From contig OZ059898.1 of NCBI GenBank assembly GCA_964057225.1, positions 11,284,001 to 11,348,000 on the forward strand: a stretch of 64,000 nucleotides of DNA, read 5' to 3'. The DNA comes from Auanema rhodensis. Taxonomy: Eukaryota; Animalia; Nematoda. The position numbers were made by a program, and so were the translations under genes. Below are positions 13,117-27,033 of this stretch, one piece after another; position 1 is the first letter of the stretch, and the number at the start of each line of letters is the position of its first letter. The notes beneath the pieces were generated by a model. That model was not told the origin of the DNA. It saw only the letters and a list, made by a program, of their open reading frames with translations, and did no database searches.

Positions 13117-16100
13117 ATGAAGTCTGAAATAACAAATACTCGTCGTGTAGCCGTTATAGGAGCAGGTGCTAGTGGTCTTCCAGCCATCAAAGCAGCCATT
13201 GAAAAAGGATTTGAGGTAATAAGCTTTTCAAGTTTTTCAAGACCCTAAGAGTTAATTACGATCTTTTCTGAGATGCAACTTAAAACCAAACTTACTTTCT
13301 AAGTTTTGTAATTTTGTATTTTTAAAATAAGAACAAGGTTGTATTGCATATTTAACAAATAACTATCTTAGTTTATATTTTTTTTCTTCAAATAAGTACT
13401 TCAATTGACAAATTCAGGTTGTTTGCTTCGAAAAGTCTGACGATTTGGGAGGACTATGGCGCTTCAAACCAAATCCTTGTCCAGGTTAGTTTTTTTTTGG
13501 CTAGTACAGAGATTGAAGTTTCTTCTCTTCTCTTTTTTGATTTAAAAAAATATTTCAATTAGACGGGTTTGTCTTGTTTCCAACACTGACTCAAAAACGA
13601 AAAATTCTTTTGGTGACCCATCTGATTTGGTGAAAGCTTGGATATCTGTGTGTTTAAGTGATAACTAATTCTCAAATTTTATGAAAACCATTAAAATAAA
13701 ATAAATTCTCAGAATTAAAAAATGATTATATGATAACGAAATGGATATAATTATTTGAAATGCAAAATGAAAGAAAGTAAATGGTCTCAACCTTTTCACC
13801 CAGACAAAGATAATTATGATTTCATTATATGATCATCAAGAGACAAAGAGTGAAAAACGAAAATTGGTGAGAAAGGGAGAGAAATTGGATGTATGATTGC
13901 GAGAAGATAAAAGGAGGAATCGAAGAGGATATGACTTAAGAATAAACTTGATCTGTTTATAGCCTCTACAGGTCGAATTGAATTGAAATTATTTCACATT
14001 ATAAACTGAACTTCGGATATCTTTATCGGAAAAGGCAGATGCATTGAGATTAAATCGAAACGTTATCAATCAAATTAATAAAAAAAAAAATTTTTTTTTA
14101 CATGACAGATAATTGTACATTTATTCATCTTTTGAATGATTTATTAATTTATTTAAAAAACAACACAGCTTCACATAAAGTGTTCAAAGAACTGTGTGAT
14201 TTGTATGAAAGAGAAATACAGTGATATAAAGAGAGAATAAAGAAAGGGATTCAAGAGTTTGTAGTAAAATGGAAACTGGAAACTGGTTAGAAGTTTCCGC
14301 ACAAATGTTTTCATTAGGTTTTTATAAGCCTTTGATTTGTTTTAATGAACAAGTACAACACTCCTTGAATAATCATTCATTATAGTATTTGATGGCAGTT
14401 AGGAATTGTTGTTTTTGCCATTCATTATGTTTATATCAACTATCGAAAAACAGATGCATTTCTTTGTTTATAAGATCATGTTTACCAACAACAAGCAATC
14501 AAAAATAATTAAAAGATTTCAATGAAATACTAAAGCTTTTTCAAAAAAGTTTCATGAAATATCATATTTTACAGGAGAAGGAACTGTTATGAAGACGACG
14601 GTTATCAACACGTCCAAGGAAATGACAGCTTATAGGTTGCATAATTGAAGATATCTTTAACTAATTTCAATATATTTCAGTGATTTTCCACCTCCTTCTG
14701 AAGCTGCTAACTTTATGCATAATTCTGAATTGTTAAAATATTTTCGATCATACTCCAAACAGTATGAAATTTTTTTGCATGTCAACCTTCTCATAATTTC
14801 GTTTCCAGCTTCAATCTTGAGCAGTATATTCGTTTCCAACATGAAGTGAAATCTATTAAAAGAAGTGCTGATTTTGAAAAGACTGGCCAATGGGAAGTTG
14901 AATGGCTTGATTTGACGTGATGACACCTGCATTTTCTATAAATTAACTTGATATTTCAGAACTAATAACGGAGCAACGGAAGTATTCGATGGAGTTCTTG
15001 TCTGTACAGGACATCACACTGAGCCATACTGGCCAAAACCTTTTCCTGGACAATCAGATTTTCAAGGAAAAATTATGCACAGTCATGACTATAAGGATCA
15101 TAGAGTAAGTATCAAAGTTTTCATTAGTATGCTAATATTATCATATAATTAAGGGCTTTGAAGATCAAACTGTAGTTGTTGTTGGTATTGGTAACAGTGG
15201 CGCTGATATTGCTGTAGAATTAAGTAAAATTAGTAAGAAGGTAAAAATAAATAATAAAATATATTTCAAAAGTGTTTTGTTTGCTAGGTTCATCTTGCCA
15301 CAAGATCCGGATCATGGATTATGAACAGAGTTTGGGATCAAGGAGAACCAACCGATTTAATTTACTTGAGCAGGTAGTCATATTTCTTATACCATTTACA
15401 TATATTCAAACCATTTGTGTTAGATTCATGTTTGGACTAAAACACGTCACACCATGGAACGTTAGAAACTGGGCACTCGAAAGAAAATTGAATTCAAGGT
15501 ACACCAACAAAAAAAATTATTTTTTTTTACTTCACGCACGTCAATGGTTTTCATTTTTTTTTGAAAATTTAATATGTGAACGGTTGAATTAATAATTTTT
15601 AATATAATATTAATAGTAATAATACAAATACTTCATTTAGATTTGATCATGGACGTTTTGGACTAAAGCCAAAGCATCGAGCTCTAGCTGCTCATGTGAC
15701 AATTAATGATGAGTTACCTAATAGAGTAATATCTGGAACAGTTGTGGTAATTCATTAATAAATACTTATAATATTAATTTTTAATTATTTATTAAGGTAA
15801 AACCAAATATTGGCTCATTTACTAAGAATGGGGTAGTGTTTGAGGATGGCACTGTTGTCGAAAACGTTGATACGGTTTGTGATCCAAAATGCTAGTCGCT
15901 TTCAACTTGTTTGTTTTTCACAATTTCAGGTCATTTTTGCTACTGGATTTTCATTTGGTTTTCCATTAGTCGAGGAAGGCAATCTCATTCAAGTAAAAGA
16001 TAATTATGTTGAGCTATACCAATATATGTATCCACCAGCCTTGTCTCCACAGGTTTGAATTTGTAAAAGATTATACAATTAGAGTTTTTCTTAAACAGAA

Positions 16101-16772
16101 TAGTTTGGCTATAATCGGTCTGATTCAACCAACTGGTTCAATCATGCCAATTTCCGAAATGCAAACTAGACTATACATGAGTGTATTAAAGGTTAGTAGG
16201 ATTAAGATTTTAAAGATTTTCTTTATACCTCATCTCGTTATTATAAACATTTATACTTTTTTTTTGCAGGGAGAAATCAAATTACCAAACAAAGAAAAAA
16301 TGCAGAAGAATATAAAAAATAAAATGAGAGTTATGCAAAAAGAATTTGTGGCCAGCCGTCGTCATACAATTCAGGTAAATACTCTTTTTCATTGTTTTCG
16401 AACGGTTCATAAAATTAAAAATTAAGGTATACTACGTAGAATACATGGATGAATTAGCTAAAATTCTGGGCTGTAAGCCTTCTATATTTTTCAAATGGAT
16501 ATATGATCCAAAACTTGCTTACCATTTAGTATTTCATGGTTTGGTGCCTTACCAGTACAGATTATGCGTAAGTAATCTTGCATATATAGACAGAAAAAGA
16601 AAGTTTTATTAAAAATATTTTCCAGGGTCCTAACAAGTGGGATAAAGCTCGTGAGACCATTTTAACTTTTGAAGATCGTGTCTTCAATGCTACTAGAACA
16701 AGAAAAACTAAAGAAACCATGAAAAGTACACCAACATTCAAGTTTTTCAATCTCATGAAAATGCTCCGATAA
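13117..16772 (+). CDS. Flavin-containing monooxygenase (FMO), multi-exon
   Basis: FAD motif [19 protein letters not shown] fingerprint [17 protein letters not shown] motif [30 protein letters not shown] and RRHTIQV; stop TAA at 16770-16772. Paralogue not assignable. Confidence 0.95.
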
Positions 16773-17053
16773 ATTCTTGATAAATTATGCTTTGTAGCTT
16801 TAATTTTCATGTTTATTGTATTGTTATTTATAATGATTTTTATATTTCACTCTTTGATATTCAAAGTTAAAAAAAAATTTTTTTTCCAACTTTTTTTTAT
16901 TCTTTTCCTTATAATGCATAAGTTTAACTTGTATGTAACAAGATTTGTGTGTATTTGTAATGAATTCAATATATTTATTAATTAAAATTATTATTATTAT
17001 TATTATTATTGGATATTTTAAGTTATTAATTATAAAATCAGAAACATCCAGTT

Positions 17054-18845
17054 TTATGGTTGTTGAGGAGTTTTTGTCATGGACTTATGTAAATTATGAG
17101 TATTCAATACATAAGTATGGATTCTAGATAAATGTAATACCATTATGATGCAGACAATTGAGAATATTGTCATTCCAGCAGCTAATGCGGACAATGATAA
17201 TGGAGATAGGCATACAGAATCCTGAAAAAAAAATAGCTGTATCAACTATTATAGACTGACCTGATTCCATAAATAATCATATCCTTCAAGGAAAGCCGAT
17301 GATGGCGCGACAGCATTGCTCATGTTGCCTTCAGATTCCTCAATTACTTGACTCTCTTTCATGGAATCAATCATGTTAATAGATGCAATGACATCAATCG
17401 ATCCTCCGCGAGGAATTTCTGAAATAAAAGTTGAATAATTATCAAGATTAAAGTTTGAAATATTGTTTACCTTTCACTGTTCGTCTTCTTCTACGCAAAG
17501 CAATTCCAGACTCCATGTCACTTCGTCGATCGCAAACTGGAGGGGTTAATCCAGAGCATTCTCCATTGGTTCGAGAACAGATCTTAACAGATACACAATG
17601 TTTGTCAATATTTCAAATTAAGATTAAACCTCGAGAACACACTCGTAATTCAAAATATTAGTATCACTAAATTTGTATCCATATGTTTCAGCAATAGCCT
17701 GAAAAATAAATAATAATATTACTATTCTGAAGTTTTAGTAATAATTTTTAATAATTTTAAATATTCATACTATATTTCTATCTTCATCATAAACAATATC
17801 AGGTTGGATTACTGGATCGATTGCACAGCCATCAATATCAAGCTAAAATCCAATTATTTCAATTTAATTAAATTATTATGAAAATACTAACCAAATCAAA
17901 TTCGAAACCTCGTCCATCAGTTACTCTACACGAATGAACTAAGAACCCTTTATCCATCATGTCGCATTGCCAAACATGGTAAATACGTTCACCAACTTCG
18001 CCGTATCTGTATATTAAAAAATTTTGTTTTATGAATTTACTAGAAAACATACGCTACTGGTGGTCCGTCAGGAGATCCACTTCGAATAGCATACGAGCAT
18101 GATGGCATAGCTCCAGTGTTGAGTAGTTCTGTTGGTCCGATTGGTCCGATTTCTGGGGAAAAAAATTTCAAGTTATTCAAAATTTCAGTTGAATTGCTTA
18201 CGAATAGAATTTGTCAATGTTTTTTGACTTTGGAAGAAGCATATGCACTTGTATGCTCTGTCAGCTCGAGTTACAAAAGTTCCATGGAAGGATACAATCA
18301 TTGTCAACGAATACATTAACCCCTTAAACAAGTTGAGATAAATATTCAAAATATTTGAAATTGTTTAAGCAGATTTGAAATAAAGCTTACCTCTAGTTTC
18401 CCAGTTACACGATGTCTTTGCATAGTACAATCTCCATTCTTAACTATCATTGTCATTCTATAATCAGTTAATAAGCAAATTCAAAAACGAATAAATAAAG
18501 AAAGAGAAAGAAGAGATATTGAGAGGAGGATGTTTGTCTTCAGTTTTGTTCAAAATTTGAAAACAGATTCACCTGCTCATATTTCTATTATCAACAAAAG
18601 CTTGACTACATGTTGTATCATCTGATAATCCTTGAACATAGATCCTACCAGTGAATGGTTTTTTTGTTTTGAATGTCATACCAACCATTGAATCTTCGCA
18701 ATCAATCTGTAACATTATGGATAACATAGATTATAATTATCTGAAAACTTACAGTTGGCTCACCAACAATCTCGTTATCAATTGGAAACTTAGCTAAAAT
18801 GGTGAACACTTGATACATAAGTAAGAAACTGGATAAAAGCAGCAT
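17054..18845 (-). CDS. Cuticlin-like ZP-domain protein, multi-exon
   Basis: Signal peptide, then IDNEIVGEPT / IDCEDSMVGMTFKTKKPFTGRIYVQG, VGERIYHVWQC, LVHSCRVTDG, GCAIDP, furin site RRRRR and C-terminal TM (DSVCLSPLSLSALAAGMTIFSIVCIIMVL). This is the typical nematode CUT/CUTL architecture. Confidence 0.92.
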
Positions 18846-20050
18846 TTTCTCTTTATTAGGTGTGAAAACAGTATGAAACTTCTAATGATGTTATGGCTAT
18901 TGCTAGTTGCTATTCTAAACTCGCAGTCTAACCTTTCTTCTGAAAACAAAAATTAATAAAATAATTTATAAGTTAAATGTATATTATGAAGCTAATAAGG
19001 TGAAGAGACAAACGGCTGGTTATAGTCTGATGACTACTTGATAGACTAAATCCTAAGACAGCCGATCGTATTTTTACTTCAACTGACTATCACATTTGGT
19101 CATCTTTTGTTTGTTGTCATCCTATTTCATTATACACATATTTGAGGTGTACATCATCTGAAATCAGAATGATTAGCATCTATAGAATATCTTTAAATCT
19201 TATCCCAGGTCTTCTCTCTCCGTTACCTTCTTGTATCTTGTAATATTCTTTACCCGTCTTTTTTGTTTTTGAGGGTAGCATATTAGACATTGAAAGCATA
19301 ATCTATGTATAGAGATTCTCATAATAAAATATTCTTCACATATACATACTATTATGACTGAAATAACCAAAAATAGTTAGTTCTATAAGATAATTTGATG
19401 CAGAAAAGACATATTATTATTTGTCAATGTACTATGCAAAAGTGAAGTTGTTGTTTTTCAATTCTTTTATAATTCAATATCTTATCATTAAGCTGAAATA
19501 CTAGAAAACGCATTTTTCTTTAACAAAAATTCACAGCGAGATGTTATTTATCTGTTCTGATCTTATCTCAATCCTTAATTATAGCATTCATAAATAGAAA
19601 ATAAGGTCAGATATGATGAAGAAAAGTTTGAAAAGGTCAAAGTTTATCTGAAAAATTGACAAAAAAAAAGATTTTTTTATTGAAATTTTTAAAAATGAAC
19701 ACATAAACAAAGAAATATTTTATCTTGATGCAATTATTATTATTATTATTATTATTATTTTGAAAATATTAAATAAATATTAAATAAGAATTAAATATAA
19801 TCAAGCCTAGTAATGTTGACTAAATGTTAAGAAAATTAGACAAAACCCAGGCATACATATAACCATAATGAGGATCAGATTATTTAATTTGAAACAGAAT
19901 ACATGTAATCATACAAGTAGTATTCATTGAAGAGATTTTTAAATTCATAAAAACAAATTTACAAATATAATTTAGTCAAAGTTTTAGTACAAATGATAAA
20001 AAGTTTATATGATAATTCTTAATATCTCCTAAAACTCATTAATTCATTTA

Positions 20051-21358
20051 TTAGGGTTCAAAGGCTTGAGTTCTGAAAGAACTGTTGAAACGTTCAATAA
20101 ATGAAGCTGACATTCCGATACATCTAACTTGAAACGTATTATGTCCCAATGGAGCTGGAGGTTTTCTAAAGAAATTGAAAATGCTCTTATGCTTTTTGAA
20201 GCTTTTTTACGTACCCATGAGATCGTTTAATGCTTTCAATACGTGAAAATTCGTGTTCGATTCTATCCTTATTCATGGAATCACGATGAGGAGATGATTC
20301 TGAATACGGAAAAACCAATAAATTGCTACTCCCTCTCTCTAAGGATAAGCGCAATTGCTCATTTCGCCAGCTTTCGCCTATCGGCAGCCATTGCTCTTCA
20401 GCTGAATGCCTAAATCAGAAAAGATATAATTAATATAATAAGCATCATTTAAGAAGTTAGTTAATACCTTGGAGTGCTCCGAGAAGGTTGTTTTAAATCT
20501 TCATCATCAGAATCTAGTATAGATGTACAAGCTGGAGCAGTATGTATTACAGATGTTCGTACAACTCCTTCTCCCATTTCCGTTAAAACATCTCGATAAT
20601 AAGTTGTTTCCATGGAATATTGTATAGCCTAAAAACAAAAATATGTTTTTTTTTTGCACAATTAGTTTCATTTTGTTTCATCTTTGATTTTCATTCTCTT
20701 TTGCTCATGTTTTTTTGCCTTAATTTGAGTATATAAGGCTGTAAAAACAACTTTTTTATGCAATGAATTCACATTTCGCACATCATACTCAAGATATAGA
20801 CACCTAATTAGGATAATTTTGTATCTTACTTGAATAAGAAAAGGAATTCCGCGGATATTTTTCATAATAGCTTCTGTTGTGTCAGGATTAATTTTTGTTT
20901 CTTCTGCCTTTTTTTCTGATCTCCAGTGTTTGACCACAAAGAGAGGGCGGCGTAAAATCTGAAATAAAAACGATGAAAATTTATTCAGAAATAACAGGGA
21001 AAGCAAACGATTCCCCTGTTATTTCTTATTTGAAATACAAAAACTACATAGTGATTTGAAGATAGTGCATGTACATACATACTATATATGTATGTGAAAG
21101 AAAATATATTAATGATGTAAATTGAAGATCACGTACCCTTGGACGTATCAGCCAAGTTATTGCAAAAACCATCATTCCAACCAATCCAATAGCTGTTAAG
21201 CATACAGCTAAAACAAGCATTTGAGGTGAAGTTATTCCAAGAAACATTCCTGAATATACAAATTAATTTAAATCTATTAATAGAAAAAATTTACCTATAA
21301 TGAATAAAACTAGATTGAATATTCCAGAACAAATGGCAACATAGCGAAGTAAACACAT
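20051..21358 (-). CDS. Uncharacterised protein with two N-terminal TM helices, multi-exon
   Basis: Six exons with GT-AG junctions splice in frame: MCLLRYVAICSGIFNLVLFIIG / MFLGITSPQMLVLAVCLTAIGLVGMMVFAITWLIRPR / ILRRPLF... / ...RTQAFEP*. The start could lie further upstream. Confidence 0.65.
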
Positions 21359-24300
21359 GTATGATCTAAAAATATTCAAATATATTAGTATATATAGGTA
21401 TAAAAAGATTGATATATAGTTTAATTCAGATATAGATAGAATTAGTTCACACGAAAATCAATCAAATTTTTGAAGAAAGCGTGAAAACGTGCGTTGAAAA
21501 TACGCTAAAATAATCTTATAACGCTTCATCTCATCCTAGTTTTTGATTTTTTCATTAAATTAAAAATATAATTTGAAAGGTAAAGAAACGTTAATGTATT
21601 TAAACAGAAAGATAGGCGTGAAGTAGCGGCTGCAAAATTCATACATATGGAGAACTAGTCGCAAGTGTCAATGACATGCATCAGGACGGGCGTTGTGTTC
21701 TGTCTAATTACTACTTCACTTAAAGTATTATCTCAAGTTTCTCATCCTATCTTCATTTTACCGAAGAACTTTCAGTTAAACACTATGCTATCTGAGTTAA
21801 TAGACAAGATAAAAAAAAGGAAACAGCATAAAAATGTTTGATTACAAATGAACTTATTTTATCGCATATAGCCTTTTTTAGCCTCTCTACATATACATGC
21901 ATATATATATATATTTTTTTTTTGAAGAGACTGAGCATAAAGAAAAAAAATCACTCAAGATGGTGCTACATGTGAAAGCAAGATGAGGCGATGGCGAAAG
22001 CAAAATGAAATCAGATGCCTTAGAAGTTATGATGACATATGACTCTAAAAGGCTGCCGTCACTGTCGATGTCCGTTGATATCTTCAGACAAAACATTCAG
22101 CTAGAATTCATACATATACAACGTCGTTGTGGTTTTAGTTGTTGGCGTAGCAATTCGTTTTCAGTACCAAGCAAGGAGAGCATTTAGACAACACATCATA
22201 TAATGTGCTTCACGCTTGAGTTTCGCTAATAGATAATACAGAATTAAACAAATACATTGAATGTGTAGCTGTAATAAAACAAAAAGAATGTTTTTGTTCA
22301 TTTATTAAATAGGACGATTATAGATTCCAGGGGTCACTGAATATATGTGAATCTAAAGGAAGTAGAATCACGAGTTTCATCGCCAAGCACAGCTCTCACT
22401 CTCTCACGTCCGTCCGTCACAGCCGTCTCAACTTCTAGAAAGTTATTCGGATTCTCTTTTCGAAAAAGTAGCTTAACTAGTGTAGTTGATCTGAGTTTTA
22501 ATTCTGTTATCGTGTTGAATTTAGACTCAAATTTGAAGTCAAATCCTTTATAAGCTTGATCATTAAATGAGTTGAATGAGAACAAAGACAATCCTGTTTA
22601 TCAGAGATGTCAAGAGACGACGTTTGATGTGAATATTCTCATTGGCTCACAAGAAATATTGTCAAACTTAAGGAAATAAAAATGAAATGATGTCGTTTAC
22701 GTTGAAAATGTTATCAGCAGAGAATTGAACGGGATATTATGTTATATAAATTTGAGTAAAAATTGAGAAAATGACCTGTACATACTTATAAAATTACTTT
22801 ATATTTGATCATTAATTTGAAAATAAAAGTTATATATGTATATCTGATTATGGGCTGTGAGTTTTTGGCGGATAAGTTGATGACATAGGCAAAAGGGCGA
22901 TGAAGAGCGAGACATACACAAAGATATGTTCTGAAGCATAAACTATGAGAAAAGCAGATATTTTTGGATATCATGTTCCGGTGAATGACGGCCTAACCTA
23001 TTTGGTTTCTGGAATCAATATAAAGACAATGTGAGGCAATTTCAGAAAAGCTTGGCGTCGTTCAAATGACTTTTTTTCTGACAATAGAAAATTTTTCTCC
23101 TCTCTTATACTTTTTTTTATGTAACATTCAAAACTGTTCATCACAAAGTATGAGAGTGCTACTGAAAGATTCACAGCACATATTTAATTTCATTTAATTT
23201 GAAAACAATTAAAAGCTGCTTAATGTCAAGTTTCTCAAAGTTCGAAATGCAAAAGACTGAATGACAAAAGGGAGGGAAGATTAGCTATATAGAGATTGAG
23301 AGATAGGGAGAGGAAAATAGATTGGCAACATGTATGAGGCATAAAGACTAAAATAATGAGTTAAAAAGAGAAATAAGGGGAGATTGAGAGTGATGAACTG
23401 AGCATACCAATGACGACAACGATGCTGATGCTGATGAGAAAGTGTTAACATAGAGGAAGTTTTTTACACCTTTTACACAAGATTATATGTTATATTAATC
23501 TCGAATTTGTTTTTCAGAACTATCAAACATAGGTAATAGAATACAGATAACAAAAAGATAAGTTTCAAAAAATGTTTTTTTGTTGTTTTTTTGTATGTGC
23601 GAGAATAATAAAATTTTGATTTAGAACTTGGCGTGTTTCGTGGTTATTTCCACGCCGTAGGAAATTCAGAAACACTTCAAAATCTTAAACTTTGTGAATC
23701 AATGAGCGCGAGTGTGAAAAAGAAAGGAAATCAAAAAAAAAGAAGAAAAGTTAAAATTGTGAATGAAACAGAGAAGATATAAAGCAAATTAATATCTTAT
23801 TATATATTTTTTCACTTAATTTCGTATGAATATGTACCATGTATTGAGCATGATCATTATATTAAAACTTATAAAAATGTGTTCTTACATGAAAAATATT
23901 AAGAAAAAAATGGGAAAACATTTATCACTATAATTGTTAAAATTAGCTGACTTCATTGAATAAAGTGAAGGAAAAATAGACCAAGAACGAGTTTCTTTGA
24001 AACAAAAATTGAATTATAAAAGTGCATAAAGAAGATTTTGTTCGAATGCCTTATTCGCTCGAGTTTTTCAACTATATCCTCGAAAACTTATTTGTTATTC
24101 AATACTTGGAAGACATCAAATGAATTTACAGAATAAAAAAAGATAAATTGAATAAGAATATATAGAAGGAAAGATTTTTGAATAGGATAGTTGTATTAAA
24201 CATATAAAGAACTATTTCAAATTATAGAAAAATATCTTGTATTCAGAAATTCAAATAAATTTGAAAATGAAAAAGCAAGCATATGTACAACTTCATTTTT

Positions 24301-26923
24301 AAACAAATTGGTTGAAAATGAAAAACATGTAATGGGACACATAGAGTTCAGTACACGTGCATCATGATGTTCTTAGGATATATAGATCTTCTGACGCAAA
24401 AAATAAGAACAAGGAGCTTTGAAATATAATGATGTTGAGAGTCTTTCGAGAATATGCAGAGTAAGACAAGAAAAAACTTTGAGGTACATACACATCTCAT
24501 ATATATATATTTTTCTTATGAATTTAATATTATATGATGTGTGATCACGTTAAAAACAGATATGAAAAACATAAAATTCGGCAAGATATGACAGTAAAAG
24601 ATAAAATGAACAAACTTTATTCAAATATTCATAGATTTACTATCACTATACATAGACAATATAGATTACTTCATATATAAGTAGATAAATCTGGTTGGAT
24701 CTTGGAAATTAAAATTTACAGGCTTAGTTTTAACTATGGATATCGCATCTCTGTCTCTTCTCAATGAAACATATATGATGCATTTTCAAGAATTATTTTA
24801 TTACAATGAACTTGAGAGAAAATATTTTTAAATGTTCATATTTATATAATTTTTCAATTATTATATTGTATATTTCAGAACATTTATGTTAAATACATAT
24901 TTGTTTATGTAAATGTTAGTATGTTGACATTGTATCGAATACATGATTTTGCTGTTTTTCAACTATAATAGTCGAAAAAAAAACATATTTTAAGTTTATC
25001 TTTAATATTCAAAAAAAAAATTCAAGCATTCATTGAGAACATATAGATTAAAGGATTTCGAAAGGGCTTCGAAACTATGTATATTTGGATAGAATTATGG
25101 GGGAGGGCAGTTGATGTCTGAGGTTACACTTCAACGGATATATGGCAAGAGGATTTCCTGTTCAATGCCAAGGGTGTTGAATTCGTCTGCATTCCGAGTC
25201 TCACACCAGTACGTCATCAGCTTTCAGTGTATTCCCTATTTCGAATTTTCTATGTTTATTTTCAAATATATATTGATTTAGTAAGTTATAAAAAGTGATA
25301 GCAGGTGATCAAATAAAAATCGTTAAGAAAAACGCTCAGTTACATACATATTGGAAAATTATTCTAATATGACCTGTTTTCATTAATGAAAAATATTTTA
25401 GAAAACTAATGAATCTGTCAGATGAGCGGGGATAATATCATTACAAACAGATACAAAGTAGAGGAAACAGGTAATTAATTTAAAATTTCTAAAGACACGC
25501 AATATCTATTGTACAAAATATTCCGTGACAAAGTAACAGCGAAGGAAAAGAAAGAGAAGCGGGGAGATAACGATGGGGAAGAAGAAGTAATGAAAGAGCA
25601 GATGAGAGTCAGTTCCATTCAGGACCATTCATTTAATCATGTGCTATTGAACGTCCAACTCAATTAACAATCCAAGAATCTATAAAGCCATTCTAATTCT
25701 GAACCTAAATAAATAAAAACTTTCTATGTACAAATGTATTTAACGCGTGCTTGATTTACTCAGTTAAAAGTGTGAAATATCCGTCCAAAATAGAAGATAA
25801 AAATCATTTAAGCAACATAAGGAAAGCAGACATTTACTGAAATGTAATGAACATGGCGTAGTTGAATAAGCTAAAAAAGATGCAGAAAGAAAGGAGAAAA
25901 ATTATGTGAATCTAACAGTAAAATGACTTTTATTTGAAATCTTACATAATATTTTGCATTAATTTTTTTAATTCACCAAATATCAACGTCAAACTTACCA
26001 TTCTTTTTTGAAAACCGAATTTAAAGGTTGAATTAATTCACTAATTATATAATTTTGAAAACAAAATTGATCAGTGCTATATAGTGAAGAATAATAATAA
26101 ATGCATGCAATTATGAAATCAGAACAAATATTAAAACAGTTGAAAAAAAAAACTCGAAATACGCTAAAATGCATGGAATTGACATGGAATTGACATGATA
26201 ATACATTGATCAACAGCACTATATTTGAATTGATTTTGATAAATAAAAAAAGCAACTCTTCAGCAAGACTAAGAAAATAAAATGAAGAAATTGCTAGAAG
26301 TATAAAAACAAAAAAATCGTTTTGAAAACGAATACACAGATGGGAAATTATGTAATTGAGCATGCATACATACATATGCTAGCTATTAAAAGATAATAAT
26401 AAAAAACATTAAAAACAAAATTTTCAAATAAATTTCAGAAAAATCAGATTAATTTTAACAGAAGTATGAAAAGTAATAACAACAGTTTTCAAGGTAAAGT
26501 AGAAACGATAACGCAGAAACGAAAAATTATAATTCCAAAATTGTATATTCTGTTTATATTATTACATGATACGAAAATATGTTTGGAATGATAAATATTG
26601 AAATACTTCATACGCTAGATGAAGCTATTATCGGCCTCTACAAAAGAAACTACTTCTTTTCTAGTCTTATAAACAATCATTGTTAACGTCTAATCGTACG
26701 CATACATTAATAATGCAAAATGTTTATGATAGCACTAAGTTCGAAATCATTTACGATGCGACGGGGTAAGATTCGCGTGGATGAATTTCCAGTCATGCAT
26801 ATTTTATCAACAGCTTATCTAAACGATATACCTCGAATATGAAAGTATATACTTCATTTGAGCTTGAAACATTAAGGTCAAATGAATCTATCACTTTAAC
26901 TGTAAAGTAAAATCCTTCTACAA

Positions 26924-27005
26924 GCAGTCATGTCCGAGTGGTTAAGGAGATTGACTAGAAATCAATTGGGCTCTGCCCGCGTAGGTTCGAATCCTGCTGA
27001 CTGCG
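26924..27005 (+). tRNA. tRNA-Ser(AGA), first copy of the array (representative unit)
   Basis: GCAGTCATGTCCGAGTGGTTAAGGAGATTGACTAGAAATCAATTGGGCTCTGCCCGCGTAGGTTCGAATCCTGCTGACTGCG. Acceptor stem GCAGTCA/TGACTGC, anticodon arm ATTGA-CTAGAAA-TCAAT, long variable arm GGGC-TCT-GCCC, T-loop TTCGAAT, discriminator G. Confidence 0.98.
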
Positions 27006-27009
27006 AATA

Positions 27010-27033
27010 TTTTGCATGAGAAATCAATTTTTT
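27010..27033 (+). terminator. Pol III oligo-dT terminators of the tRNA unit (repeated in every unit)
   Basis: T4 begins 5 nt after the tRNA 3' end and a T6 run lies at 27028-27033; further T runs follow. Confidence 0.8.

Noticed and set aside
21887-22974. Possible small gene or exons upstream of the 2-TM gene
   Set aside because: Short ORFs on both strands with no consistent splice path or motif.
26893-26908. Conserved hairpin ACTTTA-ACTG-TAAAGT upstream of each tRNA
   Set aside because: The common variant ACTTGA...TGAAGT is not compensatory, so there is no evidence for structure.
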